Origin: Moraxella nasicaprae
GTDB lineage: Bacteria; Pseudomonadota; Gammaproteobacteria; Pseudomonadales; Moraxellaceae
NCBI RefSeq assembly: GCF_025643275.1
Contig: NZ_CP089977.1
Coordinates: 990,001 to 1,022,000, forward strand
Reading direction: 5' to 3'
Length of the DNA: 32,000 nt
Of the stretch, positions 1 through 7,312 are shown piece after piece. The translations under genes were made by a program, and so were the position numbers. Every line of letters begins with the position of its first letter. The stretch's first letter is position 1. The notes under the pieces were generated by a model, which worked only from the letters and a program-made list of their open reading frames with translations, was not told where the DNA came from and did no database searches.

Positions 1-55
1 TGACACTGCCAAGAAGCCCAATAATCGCAAGGCTTAACGCATTGTATTTCATCAT
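1..55 (-). CDS. 5' end of a gene running off the left edge; the N-terminus looks like a signal peptide (secreted or membrane protein)
   Basis: The reverse complement of 1-55 reads ATGATGAAATACAATGCGTTAAGCCTTGCGATTATTGGGCTTCTTGGCAGTGTC, which translates to MMKYNALSLAIIGLLGSV. This is a basic N-terminus followed by a hydrophobic core. Only 18 codons are visible. Confidence 0.35.
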   Translation of the reverse strand, partial: MMKYNALSLAIIGLLGSV

Positions 56-107
56 CTTTAACAATCCCTGAACAAGAAAAAAGTATATTATAACATTGAT
101 ACATTAT

Positions 108-122
108 TGTTACAATATTACA
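108..122. promoter_or_regulatory. Candidate Zur box upstream of the left-edge gene
   Basis: TGTTACAATATTACA matches 13 of 15 positions of the TGTTAT-N3-ATAACA type Zur operator reported for Neisseria and related bacteria. It lies about 53 nt upstream of the ATG at 55, in a very AT-rich region next to a ZnuD-like receptor gene. Confidence 0.3.
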
Positions 123-190
123 TTATAATAATGTCGTGATTGTACTGCTTATCCATCTTAGCAGACATGATAACCCAATACACCAACAAT

Positions 191-220
191 AAAAAAACAC
201 CCATCGCTGGGTGTTTTTTT
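191..220. terminator. Bidirectional rho-independent terminator
   Basis: The sequence is AAAAAAACACCCAtcgcTGGGTGTTTTTTT. It forms a 7-bp GC-containing stem (197-203 and 208-214) with a 4-nt loop, flanked by an A-run on one side and a T-run on the other. Confidence 0.5.
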
Positions 221-373
221 GGGTGGATATTGATATTTGGTGGTGGTCTAAACAGTATGCCAAACTGGTTTTTTCGTTCGCCATTAAGCTTGTCTGCGGG
301 TGGGAAAACCGTGACGGTTCGACAAGCTCACTACGAACGGTTTTCTTTGTAGCATACTTTTTTGAACCAGAAC

Positions 374-2941
374 CTAATATTTAAAGTTCACGCCCAAACT
401 AAAATTTCTGCCCATTTGTGGAATGTATGGCAGGTAGGTTTCGTGGGCATATACCTGCTGATTTAGCAAATTATTCGCCTTAAAGAACACCGAATAATCG
501 CCCAAGCCTAGCGTGGTTTGATAATCCACACCAAGATTTAGCAAATGATGTCCTTTGGTTGGGCTTTCAAAATTAGAAGTTTTGGTTTGTTCAAAGGTTT
601 TGACATATTCCACATTGCCCGACCAACGCTCATTAAAGTTGGCTTTGATGTTCGCACCCAATCGCATTGGCGGCAAGCGTGGCGTATGACGGTCATCAGG
701 TTTGGTGTACTCAGTTACACCATTGCTCCAAAAACTTGGTGCTTCATATTTGCTGATAATCGGTGGTAAATCGTGCAACTTGCCATCAATATAATCGCCA
801 AAAATCGACCCATAATAGGTGTCATTAAATTGATAGCCAATTTTACCCTCAAAGCCATAAAATCTAGCAGGACTCTGGTCATAGCGATTGATACGCAAAT
901 GATAAGGGTGGGCAACTTTGGCAGTGCCTAGATATTCATTGATGGTATGCAAGTAGATATAATTATCAAAATCATACAAATAGCCAGACAGTTTATAATC
1001 CAGCTTATCGCCTTGATACGCCAAGCCCAACTCATAATTATTGGCTTTTTCTTTGGTGAGATGGCGATTGCCCACCTCAAATGAGTTGGTAGCAAGGTGC
1101 ATACCGTGCGTATAAAGCTCTTGGCTATTAGGCAGTCTTTCTTGCTTGCCAATATTTAAGGACAATTTATAATTAGGCAAAAATTTCCAATGCACGCCCA
1201 GTGCATAAGAATGGGCAGTTTTTTTGTGTGGCTTGGCTGCCTCTTTGCCGTAGGCGATGACCTCTTCTAGTCGCTCTGGCGTTAAGCGAGTATGACGACG
1301 GCGAGTTACCTCCTCGATATAATCCAAATCATAATCCATTGAAACCTTTTGTTTTTCGATACGGCTGGCAAGCTCTACCTGAACTTTGCCTGTATCGTAT
1401 TGCCCCATTGCAAACAGGCTTTGATTTTTTAGATTATTTTGGGTTAATAGTGGCAGTTTTCGCCACTCAGTTTGTGGTGATAATCCTTGATTATCCTGCT
1501 CAATATATTGTACACCCCACAAAGCTTTTAGGCGGTCGCTGAGCGTATGGGTCAATTCAAGTCGTGCTACTTTGCCCTTGTTAATGAATGAGGTATTAAT
1601 AATATCGCCTTCTTTTTCGTCATGTTGATAATCCACATAGCCGATATTGCCTCGCACCTTGCTCACAAAAGGCAGCGGATTATCCCACTCGGTGCGTAAA
1701 TCATAACGGCGAGTGGTTAAATCCACATAAGGCGGTGTGGCATGGTCGTGCTGTCTATGCACGCCGTGCGAGTGGTTGAAATTCTCGTGGGCATGTGTGG
1801 CACAGTCAGGGCGTGGATTGATATAATTGATGTCCGCCTCGTCCAATAGTTGTGGGTATCTTGCCAAATAAGGCTTGTCTCGCAAACTGTCGTGCGTGGT
1901 AATCACACCACAACCCTCATACAGATGATTGTGTGCAGGCAAGCCATATTTATCCTTTCGCTCGCTGGCGGCAATGCCAATATATCCCTGATTGCCAACC
2001 CAAGACAAACCGATACTACCCGCCTTAGAGTCCGCCCAACTTTCTGGCAAGCGGTCAAGCTGCTGATATTTTGCCCCTGCCAAATCCTTATCCAAAATCG
2101 CTTTTTGTTTTAGATAACCTTCCTCATCTTTGATGAAATAGGTTTTATCACGCCAAGACAACGCCACACCCTCTTTAAGTGCCGTCCATTCTTTTTCTAG
2201 GGCGGCTAAGCGTTCTGGTGCTTTGGTATAACGATTTAAAGTTTCCCAGTTTTCAAAATCCTGTTTGGTATAATTTGGTGTTTTATAATCGTCAGAAGTT
2301 TTGTGCAAACCCTCTGCTCGCCATACCAAATTTGAACCCATTTGTACCGTAACGCCACCTGTCAAAAGTTTTTCATTATTGCCTGTGTTATAGCGGACAC
2401 CTGCTTCTAGTTCGGTGCGTTTTTGCGGCAAAGCAGTTGGGATTTTATTGTCAATAATATTAACCGCTCCCGCCAAATTACCTGATTTATACAACAAGGT
2501 ACTTGCTCCACGCACGACCTCAGCACGATTGGCAAGCACGGTATCCACCATCACAGCGTGGTCTGGCGATAAATGTGCCATATCAATGACATCAGCATTG
2601 TTTTGCAAAATGGTAATGCGTTTGCCCTCTTGTCCACGAATAATAGGAGCTGATGCACCGCCACCAAACTGATTAGAATAAATGCCTAGCTCGCCATCTA
2701 AGGCATCGCCCAGTGTGGTTGGGCGTTGTTTTAGCTCTTTGGCTTTGATGGTTTGGTCAGAGATGTTTTGGCGTTTGCCCAAAAGATTGGCTTGATTTGG
2801 CACTGCCGAAGAGATTGTGATGGTCTGCACACCCAAATCAACCTCGTCATCATCGTGCCCAGTATCATCAGCTGTGGCAGCATTCATCGCAAAAACCACG
2901 CTCATCGAAAGCGTCAAGGTGGTCAGTTTGGCTATGGTCAT
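374..2941 (-). CDS. znuD: TonB-dependent outer-membrane receptor, ZnuD-like (candidate zinc uptake receptor)
   Basis: The ORF is 855 aa with a signal peptide (MTIAKLTTLTLSMSVVFAMNAATA). Plug-domain motifs are present (QTITISS; GIYSNQFGGGASAPIIRGQ; NRAEVVRGASTLLY). The barrel terminus is NFSLGVNFKY. A His/Cys-rich insert (HNHLYEGCG...RPDCATHAHENFNHSHGVHRQHDH) resembles the zinc-binding loops of ZnuD. The receptor family call is firm; the zinc specificity is an inference. Confidence 0.85.
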   Translation of the reverse strand: MTIAKLTTLTLSMSVVFAMNAATADDTGHDDDEVDLGVQTITISSAVPNQANLLGKRQNISDQTIKAKELKQRPTTLGDALDGELGIYSNQFGGGASAPIIRGQEGKRITILQNNADVIDMAHLSPDHAVMVDTVLANRAEVVRGASTLLYKSGNLAGAVNIIDNKIPTALPQKRTELEAGVRYNTGNNEKLLTGGVTVQMGSNLVWRAEGLHKTSDDYKTPNYTKQDFENWETLNRYTKAPERLAALEKEWTALKEGVALSWRDKTYFIKDEEGYLKQKAILDKDLAGAKYQQLDRLPESWADSKAGSIGLSWVGNQGYIGIAASERKDKYGLPAHNHLYEGCGVITTHDSLRDKPYLARYPQLLDEADINYINPRPDCATHAHENFNHSHGVHRQHDHATPPYVDLTTRRYDLRTEWDNPLPFVSKVRGNIGYVDYQHDEKEGDIINTSFINKGKVARLELTHTLSDRLKALWGVQYIEQDNQGLSPQTEWRKLPLLTQNNLKNQSLFAMGQYDTGKVQVELASRIEKQKVSMDYDLDYIEEVTRRRHTRLTPERLEEVIAYGKEAAKPHKKTAHSYALGVHWKFLPNYKLSLNIGKQERLPNSQELYTHGMHLATNSFEVGNRHLTKEKANNYELGLAYQGDKLDYKLSGYLYDFDNYIYLHTINEYLGTAKVAHPYHLRINRYDQSPARFYGFEGKIGYQFNDTYYGSIFGDYIDGKLHDLPPIISKYEAPSFWSNGVTEYTKPDDRHTPRLPPMRLGANIKANFNERWSGNVEYVKTFEQTKTSNFESPTKGHHLLNLGVDYQTTLGLGDYSVFFKANNLLNQQVYAHETYLPYIPQMGRNFSLGVNFKY

Positions 2942-2978
2942 GGGAAATCCTTACAATGGCTATTTTTTGTTAAAATAA

Positions 2979-2993
2979 TGTTATAAAATTGCT
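2979..2993. promoter_or_regulatory. Weak Zur-box-like half palindrome upstream of the ZnuD-like gene
   Basis: TGTTATAAAATTGCT has a perfect left half-site (TGTTAT) and a degenerate right half, for about 12 of 15 matches to TGTTAT-N3-ATAACA. It lies 38-52 nt upstream of the receptor ATG at 2941. Confidence 0.2.
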
Positions 2994-3251
2994 ATTTTGT
3001 AAAAATTCGTAATAATATAGTATAATAATAAGCAAGTCAATAAATGCTCATTCAAGTGATTATTTTTTGTACAAATACGGATTTGTAAGAAATTTCGTAC
3101 AAGATTTGACGAATTTTGCCACTTTATCGAACAAGGTGCATTTGGCATAATACACCCAAGCAGCAACGGAACAACGGCAAATGACTTGCCAACTAAGGAT
3201 AGACTGGCTGCGATATGGAAATACCTTATGGATAGTTAGCATGAATGCTCC

Positions 3252-3285
3252 AAAAAAAACCACAAGCGAAAGTTTGTGGTTTTTT
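3252..3285 (-). terminator. Rho-independent terminator downstream of yigZ
   Basis: The stem AACCACAA (3258-3265) pairs with TTGTGGTT (3274-3281), with A and T runs on both sides. On the minus strand the hairpin is followed by an 8-nt T-run, and it starts about 20 nt after the yigZ stop. Confidence 0.6.
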
Positions 3286-3303
3286 GCCATTTTATCAGGC
3301 GAA

Positions 3304-3906
3304 TTAACAGCCCTCCTCGTCCAAAACCTGCCCAAACACGCCCAAACTTTCGATGAATGCTGACCGTTTTGCCAAATCCATCTGCACGCTCATCTGCACC
3401 TGATTGGCATAATCTACCGTCACAATCTGCCCATCTACGGCTGACACCAGATAGCGGATTTGGGCTTCGTGAGCAAAAGTTGTCTGTACAGTCACCTGAC
3501 AACGAGCCACGAACGGCACTAGCACCATCTGCTCTACCGCAAGCTGTGCTGCTGTACCGTACGCACGAGTCAAGCCACCAGCACCAAGCTTAATACCGCC
3601 AAAATACCGAACCACGACGATGATGACATTACCAATGCCTTTGTGCTGCAACACATTCAAAATCGGTCTGCCTGCCGTGCCATTCGGCTCGCCGTCATCA
3701 TCAAACCCTGCACTGGTGGTGTTGTGCGGATTGCCAATCACATAACCATAGCAATGGTGGCGAGCATCTGGGTATTGCTCTTTTAGCTGCATCACACAAG
3801 CCATCGCCTGCTCCCTATCATCAATGGGATAAGCAAACGCCAAAAACTGACTCTTTTTGATGTCGTAGATGGCTTGACAAGGTGCGGCAAGGGTTTGATA
3901 GCTCAC
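3304..3906 (-). CDS. yigZ: YigZ/IMPACT-family protein (UPF0029)
   Basis: The ORF is 200 aa. It uses a GTG start preceded by GGAGA. Family-typical segments are present (KKSQFLAFAYPI, HHCYGYVIG, DDDGEPNGTAGRPIL, VVVVRYFGGIKLGAGGLTRAY). Confidence 0.8.
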   Translation of the reverse strand: MSYQTLAAPCQAIYDIKKSQFLAFAYPIDDREQAMACVMQLKEQYPDARHHCYGYVIGNPHNTTSAGFDDDGEPNGTAGRPILNVLQHKGIGNVIIVVVRYFGGIKLGAGGLTRAYGTAAQLAVEQMVLVPFVARCQVTVQTTFAHEAQIRYLVSAVDGQIVTVDYANQVQMSVQMDLAKRSAFIESLGVFGQVLDEEGC

Positions 3907-4052
3907 AAACAGTCTCCAAGTGGTTTTTGGGTAATTGTTGGTAAAATGGGATAAATTTTTACAATCTTATACAGCCAAGTCAAATTGTACCAAACAAAAT
4001 GTGCTACACTAAGCATATTTTTACATTGAAGTCCAATTTTGACCAAAAAACT

Positions 4053-4757
4053 ATGCGTTTAGATAAATTTTTAAGCAAAGCCACCGAGCTGTCTCGCAAA
4101 GATGCCAAAAAAGTCCTGCACGCAGGCGAAATCACCGTCAATGACATCGTTGTCAAAGACAGCAGTCATCACATCGACATCGCCAATGATGAAGTGCTAT
4201 GGGCGGGCGAACCTTTGTCTGTTGCTGAGGGTAATCGCTATATTTTACTGTATAAACCTGATGGTTTTGAATGCACCCTAAAAGCCAAAGAGTACCCCAT
4301 CGTCACTGATTTGATTGCCGTGCCAGAAGTGGCAAGCATTCGTATCGCAGGACGGCTTGATGTGGACACCACAGGAGCGTTGCTACTGTCTGATGACGGC
4401 TCTTGGCTACACCGTGTGACCAGCCCAAAACGCCATCAACCAAAACGCTATGAGCTGACCCTTGCCGACCCAATGGACGAAGCCGCCCAAGCACACGCCA
4501 TCAAACAAGTCGCCAATGGCATCTTATTAGAAGGCGAAACCGAAAAAACCCGTCCCGCCACACTGTCCTTCGTGGACGAGACACACGCTGTCTTAATTTT
4601 GACCGAAGGCAAATACCATCAAGTCAAACGCATGATGGCATATTTTGGCAACAAAGTCATCGAGCTACACCGTGCCAGCATTGGGACAATCACACTTGAT
4701 GGGCTAGAAATGGGCGAATGTCGCTTTTTGACCGCTGATGAAATTGCACAATTTTAA
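4053..4757 (+). CDS. rsuA: 16S rRNA pseudouridine synthase (RsuA family)
   Basis: An S4 domain begins at MRLDKFLSKATELSRKDAKKVLHAGEITVN. The catalytic motif GRLDVDTTGALLLSDDG and the segment GKYHQVKRM are present. I chose the ATG at 4053 because the family N-terminus begins at MRLDKF; the ORF track's 3999 start adds 18 non-conserved residues. Confidence 0.85.
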   Translation: MRLDKFLSKATELSRKDAKKVLHAGEITVNDIVVKDSSHHIDIANDEVLWAGEPLSVAEGNRYILLYKPDGFECTLKAKEYPIVTDLIAVPEVASIRIAGRLDVDTTGALLLSDDGSWLHRVTSPKRHQPKRYELTLADPMDEAAQAHAIKQVANGILLEGETEKTRPATLSFVDETHAVLILTEGKYHQVKRMMAYFGNKVIELHRASIGTITLDGLEMGECRFLTADEIAQF

Positions 4758-4772
4758 CTAAGAAAATACAAT

Positions 4773-5753
4773 ATGACTATTAAACAATACTACAAATTAG
4801 CACTGGCAAGCTGTTTAACCTTTTGTTCGATTGGCAGTCAGGCAGGCATTGATACCCAAACAATCCAACAAACCCTAAATCAAGCAGGACTAAACGCCCC
4901 TGTGCTTGGCACGCAAGACAGTCCACTGTCGGGGATTAGCACCATTAAGCTGGGCAATGGCGGGCAGATTCTCATCAGTGATGACTTACGCTATCTGGTG
5001 GCAGGTTCGCTAGAAGCCAATCCCAGCCCCATCACGCCCATCAATCCTGCCGTGATGGCAGACCAGCCTGCTGGCACACCAGTATCGGCAGCATACAAAA
5101 AAGCCTTGCTTGCCAATATGAGTGCCTTGCCAAACATGAATGAGCATTCAGCATTTTTCCATACCAACTTACCCAGTCTGCTTTGGGGTGTGTCTGGCAA
5201 AGGCGGTGTGCCATTTTTGGTCAGCAAAGATGCCAAATATCTAGCCAGTGGCGATATTGGCGTACTTCATGATGGGCAATTTTCTGCCAATGACGAAGCC
5301 TTTGAGATTGCCAAAAATCGCCATGTTTTGCACGCTCTGCCAGAGGCTGCCTTAGCAATCTATCCAGCCATTGGCAAGGAGCGAGCGGTGGTCTATGTGG
5401 CAACCGACATTCATTGCCCTTATTGCCGAATGTTTCACGAAAAAATCCACGAATTCAACCAAAAAGGCATCACCATCAAAGCCATCGGCTATCCTGTCTA
5501 TGATGAATCCGCCAAACCAATGCGTAAACTGTGGTGTGAAACTGACAACGCCAAGCGAGCCACTCTACTCAGTGCTGGCATGAAAGGCATTTTTGACAAA
5601 GACACCAGCTGCCAGTCACCAGTCATTGACCAGACATTTTTGCAAACCCAAGCCTTGGGCATCTATGCCACACCAGCCATTTATAGCGATAAAGGCGAGT
5701 TGTTTATGGGTGATTTTACTGGCAAGTCCTTTTATGAATTTTTGGGTTTATAA
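4773..5753 (+). CDS. Periplasmic thiol:disulfide interchange protein, DsbC/DsbG family, with an extended N-terminal region
   Basis: A signal peptide is present (MTIKQYYKLALASCLTFCSIGSQAG). The N-terminus resembles DsbC (TIQQTLNQAG...ILISDDLRYLVAGS). A thioredoxin fold carries a CPYC active site (VVYVATDIHCPYC), and the C-terminal segment is ATPAIY. The protein is about 90-100 aa longer than E. coli DsbC. Confidence 0.8.
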   Translation: MTIKQYYKLALASCLTFCSIGSQAGIDTQTIQQTLNQAGLNAPVLGTQDSPLSGISTIKLGNGGQILISDDLRYLVAGSLEANPSPITPINPAVMADQPAGTPVSAAYKKALLANMSALPNMNEHSAFFHTNLPSLLWGVSGKGGVPFLVSKDAKYLASGDIGVLHDGQFSANDEAFEIAKNRHVLHALPEAALAIYPAIGKERAVVYVATDIHCPYCRMFHEKIHEFNQKGITIKAIGYPVYDESAKPMRKLWCETDNAKRATLLSAGMKGIFDKDTSCQSPVIDQTFLQTQALGIYATPAIYSDKGELFMGDFTGKSFYEFLGL

Positions 5754-5770
5754 TAAACCACTCCAACCGA

Positions 5771-5797
5771 CCGCCAAACTTGCTTGGCGGTTTTTTT
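5771..5797 (+). terminator. Rho-independent terminator after the dsbC-like gene
   Basis: CCGCCAAacttgcTTGGCGG is followed by TTTTTTT. It starts 18 nt after the stop codon. Confidence 0.7.
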
Positions 5798-5903
5798 GGG
5801 CAAAATTGATGTTTCACATGAAACAATAGCAATCTTGGCGACAATCCTGCTTGGTTTTTTAGAAAATTTTTTACCCAAATCCACACTTTTTATCCGTCTT
5901 TGG

Positions 5904-5931
5904 CTTGATAAATTGGCAAAAAACTCCATAA
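5904..5931 (+). promoter_or_regulatory. Candidate sigma-32 (heat-shock) promoter for dnaJ
   Basis: CTTGATA (5904-5910), a 13-nt spacer, then CTCCATAA (5924-5931). This compares with the E. coli sigma-32 consensus CTTGAAA-N13-15-CCCCATNT. It lies about 40 nt upstream of the dnaJ ATG. Confidence 0.45.
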
Positions 5932-5969
5932 ACAGGCAAGATTTTGACAAATTGACGAGAAACTAAGCA

Positions 5970-7130
5970 ATGAGCAAAGATTTTTATAGTGTTTTGGGCG
6001 TGGAACGCTCGGCTGACGAAAAAGAAATCAAAAAAGCCTACCGCAAGCTGGCAATGAAATATCACCCAGACCGCAACCCAGACGACCCTGCTGCCGAAGA
6101 AAAATTCAAAGAAGCCAGCATGGCATACGAGGTGCTGTCTGATGCCGAAAAACGAGCCGCTTATGACCGCATGGGGCATGCAGCCTTTGAACAAAGTATG
6201 AATAATGGCGGCTTTGGTGGCGGTGGTTTTGGTGGTTTTGAAGGCTTTGGCGGTGGCAGTTTCCAAGATATTTTTGGCGACTTATTCGGTCAAGCCTTTG
6301 GTGGCGGCGGTGGTTTTGGCGGTCGTGGTCGCCGTGCCAGCAAAGGGGCAGACCTGCTATACCAAGTCAGCTTGACGCTAGAAGAAGCGGTGGCTGGCTG
6401 TAAAAAAGAAATCAGTTTTAGCAGTGCTGTCAGCTGTGATACCTGTGATGGCAAAGGGGCAAAATCTGCTGGCGACATCGTCACTTGTAGCCATTGTCAA
6501 GGTTGTGGACAGGTGCATATGCAGCAAGGTTTCTTTGTGATGCAACAAACCTGCCCTGTATGTCAAGGCAGCGGCAAACAAATCAAAAATCCTTGCCCTG
6601 ATTGCCATGGCGAAGGCAAACAACAAAAACAGCAAACATTGCAAGTCTCTATCCCTGCTGGTGTGGACAATGGCGACCGTGTGCGACTGGCTGGCAAAGG
6701 TGAAGCAGGCGAAAATGGCATGCCAAATGGCGATTTGTATGTCGAGATTCATGTCAAACCGCACGCCATCTATACCAGAAATGGGGCAGATTTGCACATC
6801 GATGTGCCCATCTCTATCGCCAGTGCCGCTCTTGGTGATGATATCGAAATCCCAACGCTGGACGGCAAAATCAATCTAAAAATCGCCGAAGGCACACAAA
6901 GTGGCAAACTGCTGCGTGTGCGTGGCAAAGGCGTTACCACCGTGCGTGGACGAATGCAGGGCGATTTGATTTGTCGTGTCATCGTGCAAACACCGACCAA
7001 CTTGACCAACGAACAAAAAGAGTTGCTTGAAAAATTCCAAGCAACCTTAGGCGACGAAAATAGCCAAATTGGCAAGAAAAAAGGATTCTTTGACAAAATC
7101 AAAGATGATGTCAAGGACTTATTTGACTAA
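5970..7130 (+). CDS. dnaJ: Molecular chaperone DnaJ (Hsp40)
   Basis: A J-domain with the HPD motif is present ([10 protein letters not shown]). It is followed by a G/F-rich region and four CxxCxGxG zinc-finger repeats ([32 protein letters not shown]). The C-terminal substrate-binding domains are present. Confidence 0.97.
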   Translation: MSKDFYSVLGVERSADEKEIKKAYRKLAMKYHPDRNPDDPAAEEKFKEASMAYEVLSDAEKRAAYDRMGHAAFEQSMNNGGFGGGGFGGFEGFGGGSFQDIFGDLFGQAFGGGGGFGGRGRRASKGADLLYQVSLTLEEAVAGCKKEISFSSAVSCDTCDGKGAKSAGDIVTCSHCQGCGQVHMQQGFFVMQQTCPVCQGSGKQIKNPCPDCHGEGKQQKQQTLQVSIPAGVDNGDRVRLAGKGEAGENGMPNGDLYVEIHVKPHAIYTRNGADLHIDVPISIASAALGDDIEIPTLDGKINLKIAEGTQSGKLLRVRGKGVTTVRGRMQGDLICRVIVQTPTNLTNEQKELLEKFQATLGDENSQIGKKKGFFDKIKDDVKDLFD

Positions 7131-7150
7131 GTCTGTCAGCACACCTCATT

Positions 7151-7180
7151 AAGCCCTTAGCAGCAGCTGGGGGCTTTTTG
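7151..7180 (+). terminator. Possible terminator after dnaJ
   Basis: AAGCCC...GGGGCTTTTTG forms an imperfect stem with a long loop, followed by a T-run. Confidence 0.35.
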
Positions 7181-7312
7181 TTTGATTGTTGCTCAAACTT
7201 AACAAAAAAGTGAATTTTTGCAACGACATCATCTTGCTTTTACCCCTCTTTTATTGAATAATAGCGAAAATTTCGTTTTCTTTTATTTGGTCAGATTCTG
7301 GAATGGATTCTT

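Noticed and set aside
305-348. A long-loop inverted repeat, AAAACCGT...ACGGTTTT, lies just downstream of the ZnuD-like gene stop.
   Set aside because: The stem is 8 bp with a loop of about 26 nt and a weak T-run. It may be a terminator, but it is not convincing. The hairpin at 191-220 is the better candidate.
140-352. A 70-aa plus-strand ORF lies in the region between the ZnuD-like gene and the left-edge gene.
   Set aside because: It spans a terminator hairpin, has no Shine-Dalgarno sequence, has an odd composition, and matches no family I recognise. It is probably non-coding.
2981-3502. Small overlapping ORFs (60-91 aa, both strands) lie upstream of the ZnuD-like gene and over the yigZ 3' end.
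   Set aside because: They lie in an AT-rich promoter and terminator region or antisense to yigZ, and they show no coding signal.
3999-4052. The ORF track gives longer upstream starts for several genes: rsuA (3999), the 19360 ORF, mpl (22890), res (29149) and the mod N-terminal ORF (30939).
   Set aside because: In each case a downstream ATG matches the conserved family N-terminus or a signal peptide, and has a better Shine-Dalgarno sequence. The extensions overlap promoters, terminators or the neighbouring gene.
5871-6266. A 131-aa minus-strand ORF overlaps the dnaJ 5' end. Similar antisense ORFs lie within dapB and the metallophosphoesterase gene (14306-14704), the ABC-F gene, mpl and gshA.
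   Set aside because: All are antisense or out-of-frame relative to confidently identified genes, and none has recognisable motifs.
6190-6330. A GGC/GGT-rich repetitive stretch in dnaJ could be a slippage tract.
   Set aside because: It encodes the normal G/F-rich linker of DnaJ. The DNA is not a perfect short tandem repeat.
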